Assembly: GCF_006345805.1 (NCBI RefSeq)
Contig: NC_043013.1
Coordinates: 24,738,001 to 24,802,000 of the forward strand
DNA: 64,000 nucleotides
Reading direction: 5' to 3'
DNA from: Octopus sinensis
Taxonomy: Eukaryota
Shown here: one piece after another, positions 27,918 through 41,419 of the stretch
Layout of the letters: each line of letters starts with the position of its first letter
How positions within the stretch are numbered: the stretch's first letter is position 1
Program-made: the position numbers and the translations under genes
Notes under the pieces: generated by a model
What the model saw: only the letters and a program-made list of their open reading frames with translations
What the model was told of the DNA's origin: nothing
Databases searched by the model: none

Positions 27918-27970
<53 letters not shown>

Positions 27971-30900
27971 ATCATGGCTCAGTGGTTAGAGCGTCGAGCT
28001 TACGATCGTGAGGTTGTGAGCTCGAATCCCGGACCGGGCTGCGTGTTGTGTTCTTGAGCAAGACACTTTATTTTCACGTTGCTCCAGTTCACTCAGCTGT
28101 AGAAATGAGTTGCGACGTCACAGGTGCCAAGCTGTATCGACCTTTGTGTTTCCCTTGGATAACACTGGTGGCGTGGAGAGGGGAGGCCGGTATGCATGGG
28201 CGACTACTGGTCTTCCATAAAACAACCTTGCCCAGACTTGTGCCTCAGAGGGTAACTCTCTAGGTGCAAACCCATGGTCACTCATGACCGAAGGGGATCT
28301 TTACCCTTTATCTATCTATCTTGCTTTCCTTCTCTCACTCTCTCACCACTGTCTTTTTACCTTCCAGCCTTCATTCTCAATATTATCATCTTTTCTCAGT
28401 TTGTTTTCAACTGATCATCTTTTCTGTGCTATCAATTATCTCTCCCTTTCCCCTGACCTACATCATATGATGGCCATATTTCAGTCTTAATACCCTCTCA
28501 TATCTGCCATTGACTGTCTCACCCCACACATGCCTTTGTCATTCACTTTATTCGCTCCTCTGTGCTGCTCACCTCCAATTCTCTCTCTCTCTCTCAATCA
28601 CTCTCCATCCACAGTCCTCCTTTGCCCATTTACCTTACACATCATCTTATTTTTTATCTGCCTTCAGTCTTATTATGTTGCTATTCTACAATATTTCTCT
28701 AGTTTCACTTATCTCCTCCTTCACCTCCTCTAGCAATTCACTGTTTCCTTCTAACCCCATCAAGCCTGTTATTCTCCTCCCTCACACTCATACAAACTTA
28801 CCCAGCCACCCTTCTTGGCCCTTTGTTCCCATTCTCTTTTTTCTTTACCTTATTGTACCTTGACAGTATGCACTTACACCTCATTACCACTCTCTTTATC
28901 TCTCTTTCCAGTTACTCTTATCCATACTAGTATAATCAGGGTAGCCATTTAATCGCCTCTGTAGCAAGACACCTATTACTATTTCTCTTTCATATTTTAA
29001 TCTCTTAACAACTGGTATAAAGCCACCTCTCTCTCTACAACCAGCACCCCTCAGTTGAGGGGGTCATTTTTGTTTTGCAAATTACTTCACAACCTCACTC
29101 ATGTTGTTGCCGTGAAGAAAGCATCCATAACACTTTGCAAAGTGGTAGGCGTTAGGATGAACATCCGTCTGTAGAGACCATGCCAAAGCAGACATTGGTG
29201 CTCAGTACTGTCCTCTGGTTTGTTTGACCCTGTCAAACTGACCAGCAATGTCAATGTTAGATGTTGATTATGACAATTCATTACTATTCCTTCCCTCCTG
29301 ACTTCTATTGATATCCATCCCTCATTGTTTAGAATTGCTAATCAAAATCATCATCATCTTTTAAAATCCATGTTTCATGTTTGCATGGGTTGATAGTTTG
29401 ATAAGAACAGAGAGGTCTAATAATGATAATAATGAAATTATTGTATACAGTGCTTAGGTGCACCACAACTTGTCAAAAGTGCGTATAAAGCATTTGCAGT
29501 AATGTACAAATGTCTGGGAACTGAACAGTGTATGATTCAGATACATGCTTGTGTGTGTATGGAGGGGTGAAAATCAGGTGTAGTGTTGGCGAATCTCAGG
29601 AAGCATGGAAGTTTTGAAGGATGCAGTGCTCCGACAACTAACAACTGATGCCGGCAGTTTGTTCCATACTTCAGTAACTCTTAGCATGAAAAAATGTTTC
29701 CGAAAGTCATGGGAGCTGTGCTGTTTTCTGACTTTGTAAACATGTCCACAGGTGTTAGACAGGTGGAGTTTGAAAAGATGCCAGGGAAGTAAGGTGTTCA
29801 GAATATGGCAAATGCCTGATGAAGGGTATTCTCTTTGTTGCACATCATTGAACGGCTTCCAGATGATTAATATCCTGAGCAAGATAGGGGTTCCAGACTG
29901 GTGATGCAAATTCCAGGTGAGGTCGCACCATAGCTATGTAAAGCTGCAGTTAGATGATTTAGTGAGTGATGCCATGTCAATTTTTGCAATGTGTTTTGTC
30001 CAACGCAAATCGCTGTCGACAATAATGCCCAGGTCACGTTCACAAGAAGACTTTTTGAGATTAGTGTTGTGGAGGGAGTAAGTAGACGCTGGGTTTTTCC
30101 TCTCAAAATGCATGGTGGTACATTTGTCCACAGCCAGCTTGAGTAAGTACTGCATCATGCTCCAATGTCTACTTTGTATGGTTTTTATGGACAGAGACTT
30201 TACAGCATGTATTTTTTTTTTTCTTTGCATCATCACAAGTGAGCTTGGCTGACGAAGAGCCTCTTCAACTGTGTGGTGCATCAATAAAGAAGGTGATAGT
30301 TCTAGGCTAGGAAATGTCAAAGTGTGAAAGAAGGACCAAAACAAAACAAAACACACACACCAGGCTTTGGTCAGTCTGGGGCTAGAATAAAAAAAAACAT
30401 TTGCATAAGGTACCATACATTATATTGAACCTAGAACCATGTAGTTGGGAAGAAAAATTCTCAGCTATACAGCCATATCTGCATCAATAGTCACATCTGC
30501 ATCCTTTCTTTCAGTCTTTCCAGTCCTATCTCGTAGATCATTTGCATCACAGAACTCCAGATGATTTAATCCCTCCTAATGTGCACTGGACAAGCCCTTG
30601 TAATGTTGATCAGCATGTCCATTAAAATTGTCAGTGGCAAATAAAAAATAATGAGGTCACTACCATTCATCTTGAAGCTAGTCAGCAGAAGAGCTTATAA
30701 AAGTGGTCCTTCTGTTTATCATCTAACCCAGGCAGTGGTAATCAAAAATAAAAGTTGCTACTGTGTTTTCCAAGATTTGCTAAATCTTAGTTATTTTATT
30801 CTACACTCTGACTGCCTCATTTACATTATTTATCCTTTTCTCTGCTAACAATTTTCCCACTCCACCTATCCTGCTACCCAGCTGGGATAACTGTGATCCT

Positions 30901-33900
30901 CAGAAGATTTTGTTGATAATGGTTAAAGGACTGAATTGTATCCCTTCAACTCTTAATTTTGTGTTAAATGAAAAACAATACTTTCAGATGTGGAGGAAGA
31001 GAAATCTTTATATTATTTCTATAACAATTGTTTAACACTCCAAACTGTTCATTCCCCTTGTAGTGACCCTATAGCGGTGCGCGCTCGCGCACCGTCCATT
31101 TGTATTTCGCGCGTGTTGGTGCCTTTACCAAGGCACAGAAAGGAAGGGCCCTCTCGCGCATGCGCGAACCACCGGAAGCACAACCCTGGCCAAGGCAGGG
31201 GGATCATAGAACGTTTGACCGCTAGCAGCAGCAGCGGCGACTTGGGACAGCAGCGACCTAAGGAGCAGGACGTTAATATTTTTCTCTCCGTTCGAACTGA
31301 TTCTAGCAGTCCTTACCAAAAGGCCTTTAACCAAAATCGTTGCAGACCAACATCGTCTCCATTGTTCGACGCCATCTTGAATCCGTTCTGTTTTTGCGGC
31401 TGAATATTGTAAATATTACAATCGATTAACTTTCAGCCTTGCGCGCCCAGAACCAAGGACATCAGATAACACACTTATTGTTATTGTTACCAAGAAAGAG
31501 AATAAAGTAGTAAATATATATTTTACGTCTGCGTCTTGTTGTTTCTGACTGGTAGAATGCTGGATTAATAAAGCAACGGCTAGTGAGTGATTGCTTTCTT
31601 GTACCCCGAAAGTACAAGACAAGATATTCACTCACACTAACTAAGATCGTTACAGTGGTGACCCTCCGACGTGATTCTGGTCTAAAACCAGAGATCACTT
31701 ATCAACAAAAAAAAATCCAGTTTTTCTGTGAAGTCGGAACACGATTTAACTCTACGCATTCATCTTTCGACGATTTGTTTCCGGCCACTACAAACAGTTG
31801 TAGAAGGAGCCTCTTTCTTATTCTACAGCCATGATGACGAACGCCATCAATTCATCGATGCTTTTTCTCTGCCTTCGTCATCACCATCGTTGTCTTTCTA
31901 CTTCACGTCGTCGCTATCTTCGTCGCCATCATCACTAAGAACGATGTTGTCTCAAGTCCACTACAGTCGCCACCACCACCGTCGCCTTTCAACACCGTCG
32001 ACCTCCACCAAGATGTACATAGCAACTCGCAGAAGTTTGGTCCACTTGCCGTTTGTGCATTAGCACACCAAGAATTCACAGCCCAGCACTATCTACGAGA
32101 TTTCTTCTGTTCCAGTTAACCTGTCACAGCATTGAAGCCACAACCGCTACACGATATGTGTTCAATCGGCATCTGCATTTGTGATCTCAACATTCTGTTA
32201 CAGAACGAACTGCTATTGTGCATCAGGCTATTACAGACTGGTAAATTAACTCTTGTCTGAAATAGCACATGAGAGACATTTTTTCTATGCGCTGTTTTTA
32301 TATTTTGCTCGCATTCACCTTGTATGTATTTCTGTCGCACACACGTACACACACATAAATGCTCTCTCTCACATACATACGTCACACATGCTTTTCTCGC
32401 TTGTTTTTTTTCCATGGAATTTGCCTTTTGTGGACACCCCTCATTTCTATAGACCCTAGGTCGGTCACGTATATACATAGAGAGGGTTGTTTGTCCATTA
32501 TAACGCGCCAGCATGCATACCTTTGTTCCTATACGAACGAAGCATATAATCGCTCAAACACTGGCATATTCTTGCTGTTTTTGGTCTGGCAAGCACTATT
32601 GCATTTCATGCACCTTGCTTCGCACGTGTATTGCTTGTTTTTGCAACACGTTTGCGTTGGCTTAGTTCTTTTCCCGACTCATAGGACGTCGGAGTTCACA
32701 TGCGCTGCGCCATGTTAGGCGTAATTTTTTTCCCTGTTAGACCACTGTTGGTCACGTAATTAACAGAAAATTATCTGTGTCGCGCATCACACCAGCATGT
32801 TTGCACCTTTGCCTTTTTGTGTATACTAGCGAGCTTCTGTATTCCATTTCCTCTCCTGCAGCAATTGATTTAAACTGCTATTTCGCAGGATCAACTACCT
32901 TTAGAGGAAGTTGGATTTAATTTCGTTTAGGTTCATTAACTGTGAGTTTTGCTTTCCCTCCGCTCCTTTCAGCGGAAGGGTTTATACTTTGTGACGTATA
33001 CACTTTCATGCATGCACTCTTGATTTTTCTCATTGAGTATTTTTTCTCTTTTTCCTTTAGTAAATTTCTTGTGTATGTTATAAATTTTGCCATTATATTA
33101 TTGTGTGCTATTTGGTTATCTGGGTCCACCTTGAGTTTTGCAGTCACTACAATAAGTTTCCTTTCGTGCGTACGCACTGGAGGGGAGCTGTAGTGACCCT
33201 ATAGCGGTGCGCGCTCGCACACCGTCCATTTGTATTTCGCGCGTGTTGGTGCCTTTACAAGGCACAGAAAGGAAGGGCCCTCTCGCGCATGCGCGAACCA
33301 CTGAAGCACGACCCTGGCCAAGGCAGGGGGATCGTAGAACGTTTGACCGCTAGCAGCAGCAGCGGCGACTTGGACAGCAGCGACCTAAGGAGCAGGACGT
33401 TAATATTTTTCTCTCCGTTCGAACTGATTCTAGCAGTCCTTACCAAAAGGCCTTTAACCAAAATTGTTGCAGACCAACATCGTCTCCATTGTTCGACGCC
33501 ATCTTGAATCCGTTCTGTTTTTGCGGCTGAATATTGTAAATATTACAATCGATTAACTTTCAGCCTTGCGCACCCAGAACCAAGGACATCAGATAACACA
33601 CTTATTGTTATTGTTACCAAGAAAGAGAATAAAGTAGTAAATATATATTTTACGTCTGCGTCTTGTTGTTTCTGACTGGTAGAATTCTGGATTAATAAAG
33701 CAACGGCTAGTGAGTGATTGCTTTCTTGTACCCCGAAAGTACAAGACAAGATATTCACACATCACTCGAAGTTCGTTACACCCTTGAGCTGATTTGGGAT
33801 GATTGTCTTCCCTTAAAGGAGTAGTTGTCAGTCTAACTATTAACAGTTTTGATTGATGAAAAATGTTTTACAAACTATCTTAATTACATTCTATTTCAGC

Positions 33901-36900
33901 TTGCTGGGTTCCTGTCTGATGCTATAATAAAATCTCTGAAAGTGTGTGCTCCAGAATTGAGAAGTCCAAGTAAGTATTTTTTTTTTATAAGTATAGAATC
34001 ATTGTTTTGTATTAGCTTGTTCCAAAACTAATAGAATTTCATATTTCCTGTTGGCCTTGGAATACAAATTATGTTAATGTAACTAATAACACAGCATTGC
34101 TAATTTTTGTTTGTTATACCATCATCCGTGATGGTAGGTAATAGTAATCTACTGTTCTACAATTGTGATGATGGTAATAGTAATGGTGTGAGAGTTTAAA
34201 AGCAAGAGACCACCTCACTGAGAGTGGATCTTTACTTGTATTCCTCACTGGGGAAGGGGGCCATTTGATTAGTTCGACCCCAGTATGCAACTGATACTTA
34301 ATTTATCGACCCTGAAAGGATGAAAGGCAGAGTTGACCTTGGCAGAATTTGAACTCAGAATGTAAAGACAGACAAAATACTGCTAAGCATTTCACCCGGC
34401 ATGCTAATGTTTCTGCCAGCTTGCTGCCTTACCTGTAAACTGATATTATTGAAGCTCTCATGAAGTAACAGATTTCTTATTTTTTACATGATTATACATC
34501 TCCGACATATTTTTTACCAATTGTTATTGCACACCAGTATTAAAATTATCCAATCTTTCACTAATGTTCTTAATATTCAAACCAGTGATTTATTATTGAC
34601 ATAATTTTTTACCAGTATTAAAAACTATTTTTAAACTATAAAATATCATATATAAGTTATTTAAATATATTACAAGCTTCTCTTGCGTATAAGAAATGCT
34701 TTGAATTGGTAATAAACTCTATCTCCCCCCGGACTCATATATCAATCCCCATAACAGCTACTTGAATCATTAAACTTCCTTGCATTATACACTTCAGAAA
34801 CTACCCATAAATTACCCATACATCAAAGTTTGCTTTACCTTTTATCTTTTTGGGGTTTGATATGACAAAGTACCAATCCAAGGAATTGGTTAGCAGAAGT
34901 GTCAGAGTATAGAACAAGATTGCTTGTAGCATTTGTTCTTTGCACCCTGAGTTCTTAGGAGGTGTACTTAATCTATTGCTACTTGGTTCTTAGATGTCTT
35001 TAATGAAGTTCACTTTATTGCAAACCTTCATGCCACTTCTTCATAACAGTCTTTGAAGAATAAAATTACCATAAATGTACTCTTTCCTCCTAATCAATAG
35101 AAAAGAAAGTCAATCACCAATATATATATATACCTCAGTTGGCAAAAATGTAACAGTCACTCATATATACATCAGTCCCCATACATACTACACTCACACT
35201 CGTATTAATATATTACCTATATTTATTACTTATAGCCTCAATTCCCTTTAGGCCTAATTATTTTACATCCTCCTGTATAAGAACACATTGAACAATATCT
35301 AGAAGGGATATTACATAATCCCATCTAGAAATTGTTCTTTAAAATAAAAGTTCAGTTTCTTAGGATGATTCCAAACATCACATTTCTCAAAATCATTTCA
35401 CTTTCACTCAGTGAAATCACCAACTATGCCAAGATCCCAGTCAACTTGGCAACTTCATTAGCACAGATAGTCAGACAGTAAATTCTTTTCACATTCCATT
35501 ACATTCCTGATACAAGAAGACAGTAAAATACAATTCTCACATTTGAATTTTTTGTTCTGTAAGATTTATTTCCTTCGCAATTTTACACATATTTTTGCTG
35601 AGTCATTATCAGAACCAGAGGAGAAGTTTCAGGTATGGAAACAAGGATTAGAATCGAAGGGCCTTAGAGTCAGCCTAGCTAAAACCAAAGTCCTAATAAG
35701 TAGGAGGGCAGGCAAACCACAAATCCCTTCGGGTAGATAGCCCTGCTCGATCTGTAGAAAAGGCATAGTTAGAAACTCTATAAGATGTGCACAGTGTAAG
35801 CTATGGACACATAAGAGGTGCAGTAATATCAAATAAAGGCTAACTGGGAAGATAGTTTTGTATGTGGCAGATGCTCAGGAGCAATAAACTCTGAAAATGC
35901 GCAGAGAACAACTTCCGCCACATTCCAGGGAGGAAAACTAGAAGTAGCTGATAGCTTCCGTTACCTAGGTGACCAAGTCAGTAGTGGGGGAGGGTGCGCT
36001 GAAAGTGCAGCTGCTAGAATAAAAATAGCTTGGGCAAAGTTCAGAGAGCTCTTACCTCTGCTGGTGACAAAAGGCCTCTTGCTCAGAGTAAAAGGTAGAC
36101 TGTATGACGCATATGTATGAACAGCTATGCTACATGGCAGTGAAACATGGGCCGTGACTGCTGAGGACATGCATAAGCTCGCAAGAAATGAAACCAGTAT
36201 GATCCGCTGGATGTGTAATGTCAGTGTACATACTCGACAGAGTGTTAGTGCCTTGAGAGAAAAGTTAGACTTAAGAAGCATCAGATGTGGTGTGCAAGAG
36301 AGACGACTGCGCTGCTATGGCCATGTGGCGAGAATGGATGTGGATAGCTGTGTGAAAAGTATCACACCCTAGCAGTTGAGGGAACCTGTGGAAGAGGTAG
36401 ACCCAGGAAGACCTGGGATGAGGTGGTGAAGCATGACCTTCGAACATTGGGCCTCACCAAGGCAATAACTAAACTCTGCTTGCGAAGACCTGTTGAGGCA
36501 AGTGAAATCAAAATCAAATTTGATGACTGGCATCTGTGCTAGTGGAGTGCTGAGAGCACTATCTGAGCGTGATCATTGCTGGAAAAACAAGCTGGCATTT
36601 GTACCAGTGGCTTGTAAAAAGCAGCATTCTAGTGTAATCGTTACCTGCATCGCCTTACTGGCACTTGTGCTGGTGGCACAGGAAAAAACATTTGAGCGTG
36701 GTCTTTGCCAGTGCCGCTGGACTGGCTCCTGTGCAGGTGGCACATAAAAAGCACCATTTGAGCGTGGCCATTGCCAGTACCGCCTGACTGGCTCTTGTGC
36801 TGGTGGCACGTAAAAGCTCCCACTACACTCTTGGAGTGGTTGGCATTATGAAGGGTATCTAGCTGTAGAAACTCTGCCAGATCAGATTGGAGTCTGGTGC

Positions 36901-39900
36901 AGCCATCTGGTTCGCCAGACCTCAGTCAAATCAGCCAACCCATGCTAGCATGGAAAGCAGACGTTAAACGATGATGATGATTTTTAACTTATTCATCACA
37001 GAAAAGCAGTAAGTTCCCAGTGAAGGTTTAAAAGTTGTTTCAGTTCCCAAATCTAACCATTTCACTTTCTTCTCATTGTTAATTCTCTTGAAAAAGGTTG
37101 GAATATCATAATTTTATGTGTCCCCCTCCCCCACCGCTCCTAAAATAGTATGCTTTATGCATGCAAATTGAATTGTGATTATATATGTTATTGAGGGATG
37201 AGTTTTGTCAACCTCACATGTCCCTCTCACACTACATAAACACAAAAGCCTTCAATGATGTTACCATACCTCAATGGTCTTACTGGATGATCCAGTTTAT
37301 ATATATATATTTATCTTTACTTGGTCAAATATCAACTTAATAGAACTGAGTTTTATTTCCCTATAAAAAAGTTTACATAAAATATTGTTGTCCTCTTGAG
37401 TTTCATTGAGTCCTCTGTTATAATCATCATCCTCAGTAGCAGTGGCAACATAATTTCACTTTGCTATACCTGTTAGCCATTTCATTTATGTTGAATTGCT
37501 TGTACTAATGTTTTGAACTTAGAACATATGTTGTTAGTACAGGGAACAACATTGTCAATTTTATCAGCTATATATAACTGGATATTCTTACTAATATTAA
37601 CTACCCAGGTATGAAATGGCAATCATTCCCTTGCATTTTATTTCCCCTAAATTTAGTTGATTTGGAAAATAAGCAGTTTGTGTTCTTCTAAAGAAAACAA
37701 CACAATGTTTGTGTATAGATTTTTATTTTTTATTTAGTACTAAATCCCATCTTCTTTACCACTGGTATGTATTTTCACTATTATGTATCTAATTACCATA
37801 ACATATAGCTGCTCTAAAAGATAGGATCTATAAACTAAAATGTATATTGGTTATAAATTGGTTTGTTAAGTAATTTTGATCATACAAATACATTAATAAA
37901 GGAAGTTAAAATTAAATTTTTGTTCTCAATTACTTTTTACAGTTTTAACTGTACAAACTAATATGCTTATCCTGGCCCATCATTGCCACACATCAGCATG
38001 TAACATGGAAGGAATTTCTAATGTTCTAAGAGCTGCTCGTGTTTTAAACCAGCGCCTTTCACAGGCTGAAGAATTTAATTTGATGGTAAGAATTTAATTT
38101 AATTTAATTTGATGCATATTAGATTTAATATGCAAAAACAAAATTTCTGATCTTGTTATCTTGTCAATTTATTTTTCCACACTTTTCCTCTCAAAAGAAA
38201 TATACAAAGGTAAGTATAAGAGAAAAGGGTCTATGGAGGTTAGAATGTATCCACTCCCAAAATGTAACAAAACTGCAAAAGGGAAGAGTGCATCATGAAA
38301 TATAAATAGATGGAATTTGACTGAAAATACATTTTTATGATGTGAAATTATTTACAAAGTGTTTATTGTATATGAAAGAAAAATTGTTCTCTTAAAATTA
38401 ATTGAGGAAAACCTGTTCTCTTAAAATTAATTGAGGAAAACCTGTTCCTCAACAATTTTATTCAATATTAGTTTTACTTTTGATCATTGGTGTCTTTAAT
38501 TAAAATCATTTCTAATAAAATTCACTTGAATGCTCTTCACAAATTGAGCATTAGTTGAATTGAAAGTGGAACAAATGTTTTCTTTTTGCACCCCAACAAA
38601 AACCATGCTGGGTATTGTTCAGCAAATCCTTTTCTTCTCGGAATCAGTTATCAAAACCACCCAATAGTGCAATTTGGGAGACTGCAGCAGTCCGACTTGC
38701 CAGGAAAGGACACTGTAATGCTGAACAGGATTACAAATTGCACAAATCAGAGATCAACAGGAAAAAGTGCAATAGGTCAGCCAACCACATCAAGCAGGTG
38801 ACAAAAAAGGTAGTGCTTGAATTTGAACAACACATTGCAACCAACCCTGACAGCAAAGTGTTCTGGAAGTATGTGCACTCAAAGCAGAGACCTCACTCTC
38901 CAGTTGGTCCCCTTCACAATCCCCACTCAGGACAGATTACTGGCAATCCCAAAGAATGCGCAGAAATCATTGCTGGATGCTATGCCGGCATCTTTACTGT
39001 CGAAGACCAAAATGCTCCATCTTCATCACCACTGACACCGGACTCTATATCTACTATACAATTTACACCAGCAATGCTACAACACCACCTTAAGAATAAA
39101 TGCAACTATGCCTCTCCTGGTCTCGATGGTGTTACATACCTACTTCTCAAACGCGGTGGGTACTTTCTTCTAAGTCAACTTTCTCTATTCTTCCAATTCT
39201 GTCTTGACAATGGTGTTACTCCAGAGCAGTGGAAAACTGCCAGTGTTATCTCTCTGTTCAAAAAAGGTGACTGCACATCGCCTGTCAACTATCGCCCTGT
39301 TAGTTTTACTAGCTGCATCGCCAAACTGATGGAATCCTGTGTCAGGGAAACCCTCTGGAACTTCTGGAAGTCTCACAGCCTCATCCAGCTGTCACTATTT
39401 GGATTTATTCCTAACTCCAGCTGCTGTAATCAACTCATCGAGTTTCTTGAGGACATTACCCAAATCACTGATCACGGATCCTGGGTGGATGTTGTTTACC
39501 TGGACTTTGCTAAGGCTTTTAACTCTGTGCCACACAAAAGACTTATGGTGAAACTTTCTGCGTTAGGCGTAAGTGACGAACTCTATAACTGGTTGAGGTC
39601 CTTTATTTTCGGGTGAAAAGAGGTTGTCACAGTTCTAGGTCAGCACTCTTCACCCTATGAGATGACATCTGGTGTACCACAGGGAACTGTTCTTGGCCCC
39701 CTTTTATTTGTTGCGTATGTTAATGACATAGATGCCAACTTAAAGAATGCCACAGTGCTGAAATATGCAGATGACATCAAGCTGTACCTCGAAATAAAGA
39801 GGTCAGATCCTGTACACTATAGATCTCTATTGCAAGCAGACCTGGACACAATGCAGCAGTGGATCATGGACTGGCAACTCAAGCTGGCTGTGGACAAATG

Positions 39901-40713
39901 TACCACCATGCATTTTGGGAGGAGAAACCCAGTGTCCACTTACTCCCTCCACAACACTAATCTCAAAAAGTCTTTGTGTGAACATGACCTGGGTGTTATT
40001 GTCGACAGCGATTTGCGTTGGACAAAACACATCACTAAAATTGCCAAGAAAGCTGAGGGTGTCTTAGAATCACTCAAGTCCACTGTGAGCCGCTCTCTGG
40101 CTATCTATCTGCAGCTTTATATAGCTATGCTAAGACCTCACCTGGAATTTGCATCACCGGTCTGGAACCCCTATCTTGCTCAGGATATTAATCGTATGGA
40201 AGCTGTTCAGCGTCGTGCAACCAAAAGAATACCCTCCATCAGGCATTTGCCATATTCTGTAATGCCTTACTTCCCTGGGCATGGACACATTAAAACTCCG
40301 ACGTCTGGCAGCTGACTTGGCAGACACCTATAAAATTATTAATCATCTTACAAACAATAACTCTGAGCACCTTTTCAAACTCCACCCGTCTAACACCCGT
40401 GGACATAGTTACAAAGTCAGAAAACAGCACAGCTCCCATGACTTTAGGAAACATTTTTTCACACTAAGAGTTGCTGAAGCATGGAACAAACTGCCGGCAT
40501 CAGTTGTTAGTTGTCAGAGCACTGCATCCTTCAAAACTTCCATGCTTTCTGAGATTCACCAACACTACACCTGATTTTTTCCCCTCCATACACACACAAG
40601 CATGTATCTGACTCATACATTATTCGCTTTCCAGACATTTGTACATTACTGCATATACTTTATACACACTGTCTGACAAGTTGTGGTGCACCTGAGCACT
40701 GTATACAATAATT

Positions 40714-40754
<41 letters not shown>

Positions 40755-41384
40755 GTGATTCATTCCATGACTTGCTGATGTGTGAAATCAGAGAGATGAG
40801 TCTGTATATTTTACCCCCCGCTTTGTTCCCATCTTTATGGATAGGGCATATGATACCACCTTTTAGCTTTTTAGGAAGTTCACCACTTGAAGTAAACTCT
40901 GGAAAAGTATCTGAAGTAGTTTTGCTAAAACCTGCTTACATGACTTCAAGAGAAAAGCTGGGAAACCACCAAGACCAGTGGCTGAGTTTAAGCCGACTTC
41001 ATCTATGGCTGCTGTTACATCTACCTTCTCAATGTCAATGTAGTTGATGGTTGCCACCTTTCACTACAGAGGTGTAATCTCAAAGAACTCAGCCAGGTTA
41101 TTTATTTGCATGAGAAGGTAAAGACATTTTTAAATTGTTCATTGAGTACTTACCTTATCTTTTGGGGTCTTATGGTCAATGAACCATTCCCTTGGAACAA
41201 TGGTCCTATTTTGTACTGGACTGTGACTGTTTCCTATGCAACTTCATAGAAACCTTTCAGGGTTTATTTTTATACTTTCCATGGATCTGTTTCTCTTTCT
41301 CTGTCTCTCTGTCTCTCTGCATAGGAGAGTTTGTGTGTGTGAAGATATGTGTATATAAAAATATGTATATGAATATATCTGAGA

Positions 41385-41419
<35 letters not shown>

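Larger units (their letters stand above)
31059..33780 (+). mobile_element. Non-autonomous LTR retroelement (TRIM/LARD-like, probably Gypsy-related), 2722 bp
   Basis: Two ~595-bp direct repeats with TGTA...TACA ends, PBS at 31656-31675, PPT before 33189, TSD CCCT at 31055-31058 and 33781-33784. No gag/pol motifs recognised inside. Confidence 0.92.

Noticed and set aside
27972-28045. tRNA gene
   Set aside because: The A and B boxes continue into a SINE body with no acceptor stem or terminator; it is a SINE head.
31059-33780. LTR element as a retrozyme (hammerhead-bearing LTR)
   Set aside because: I found no CUGANGA...GAAA core on either strand; the GAAA at 31608 is only a hairpin loop.
37513-37608. 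Open frame with AG/GT as the missing SPG11 exon
   Set aside because: It ends in phase 0 where phase 1 is needed and has no similarity to spatacsin.
38383-38458. 29-bp direct repeat with an adjacent hairpin, CRISPR-like at a glance
   Set aside because: Only two adjacent copies, no spacers, and a eukaryotic intron; it is a simple tandem duplication.
41220-41275. Minus-strand CTGAAAG...CTATG/CATAG-GAAAC-AGTC as a hammerhead
   Set aside because: The core is not CUGANGA and stem I does not pair.
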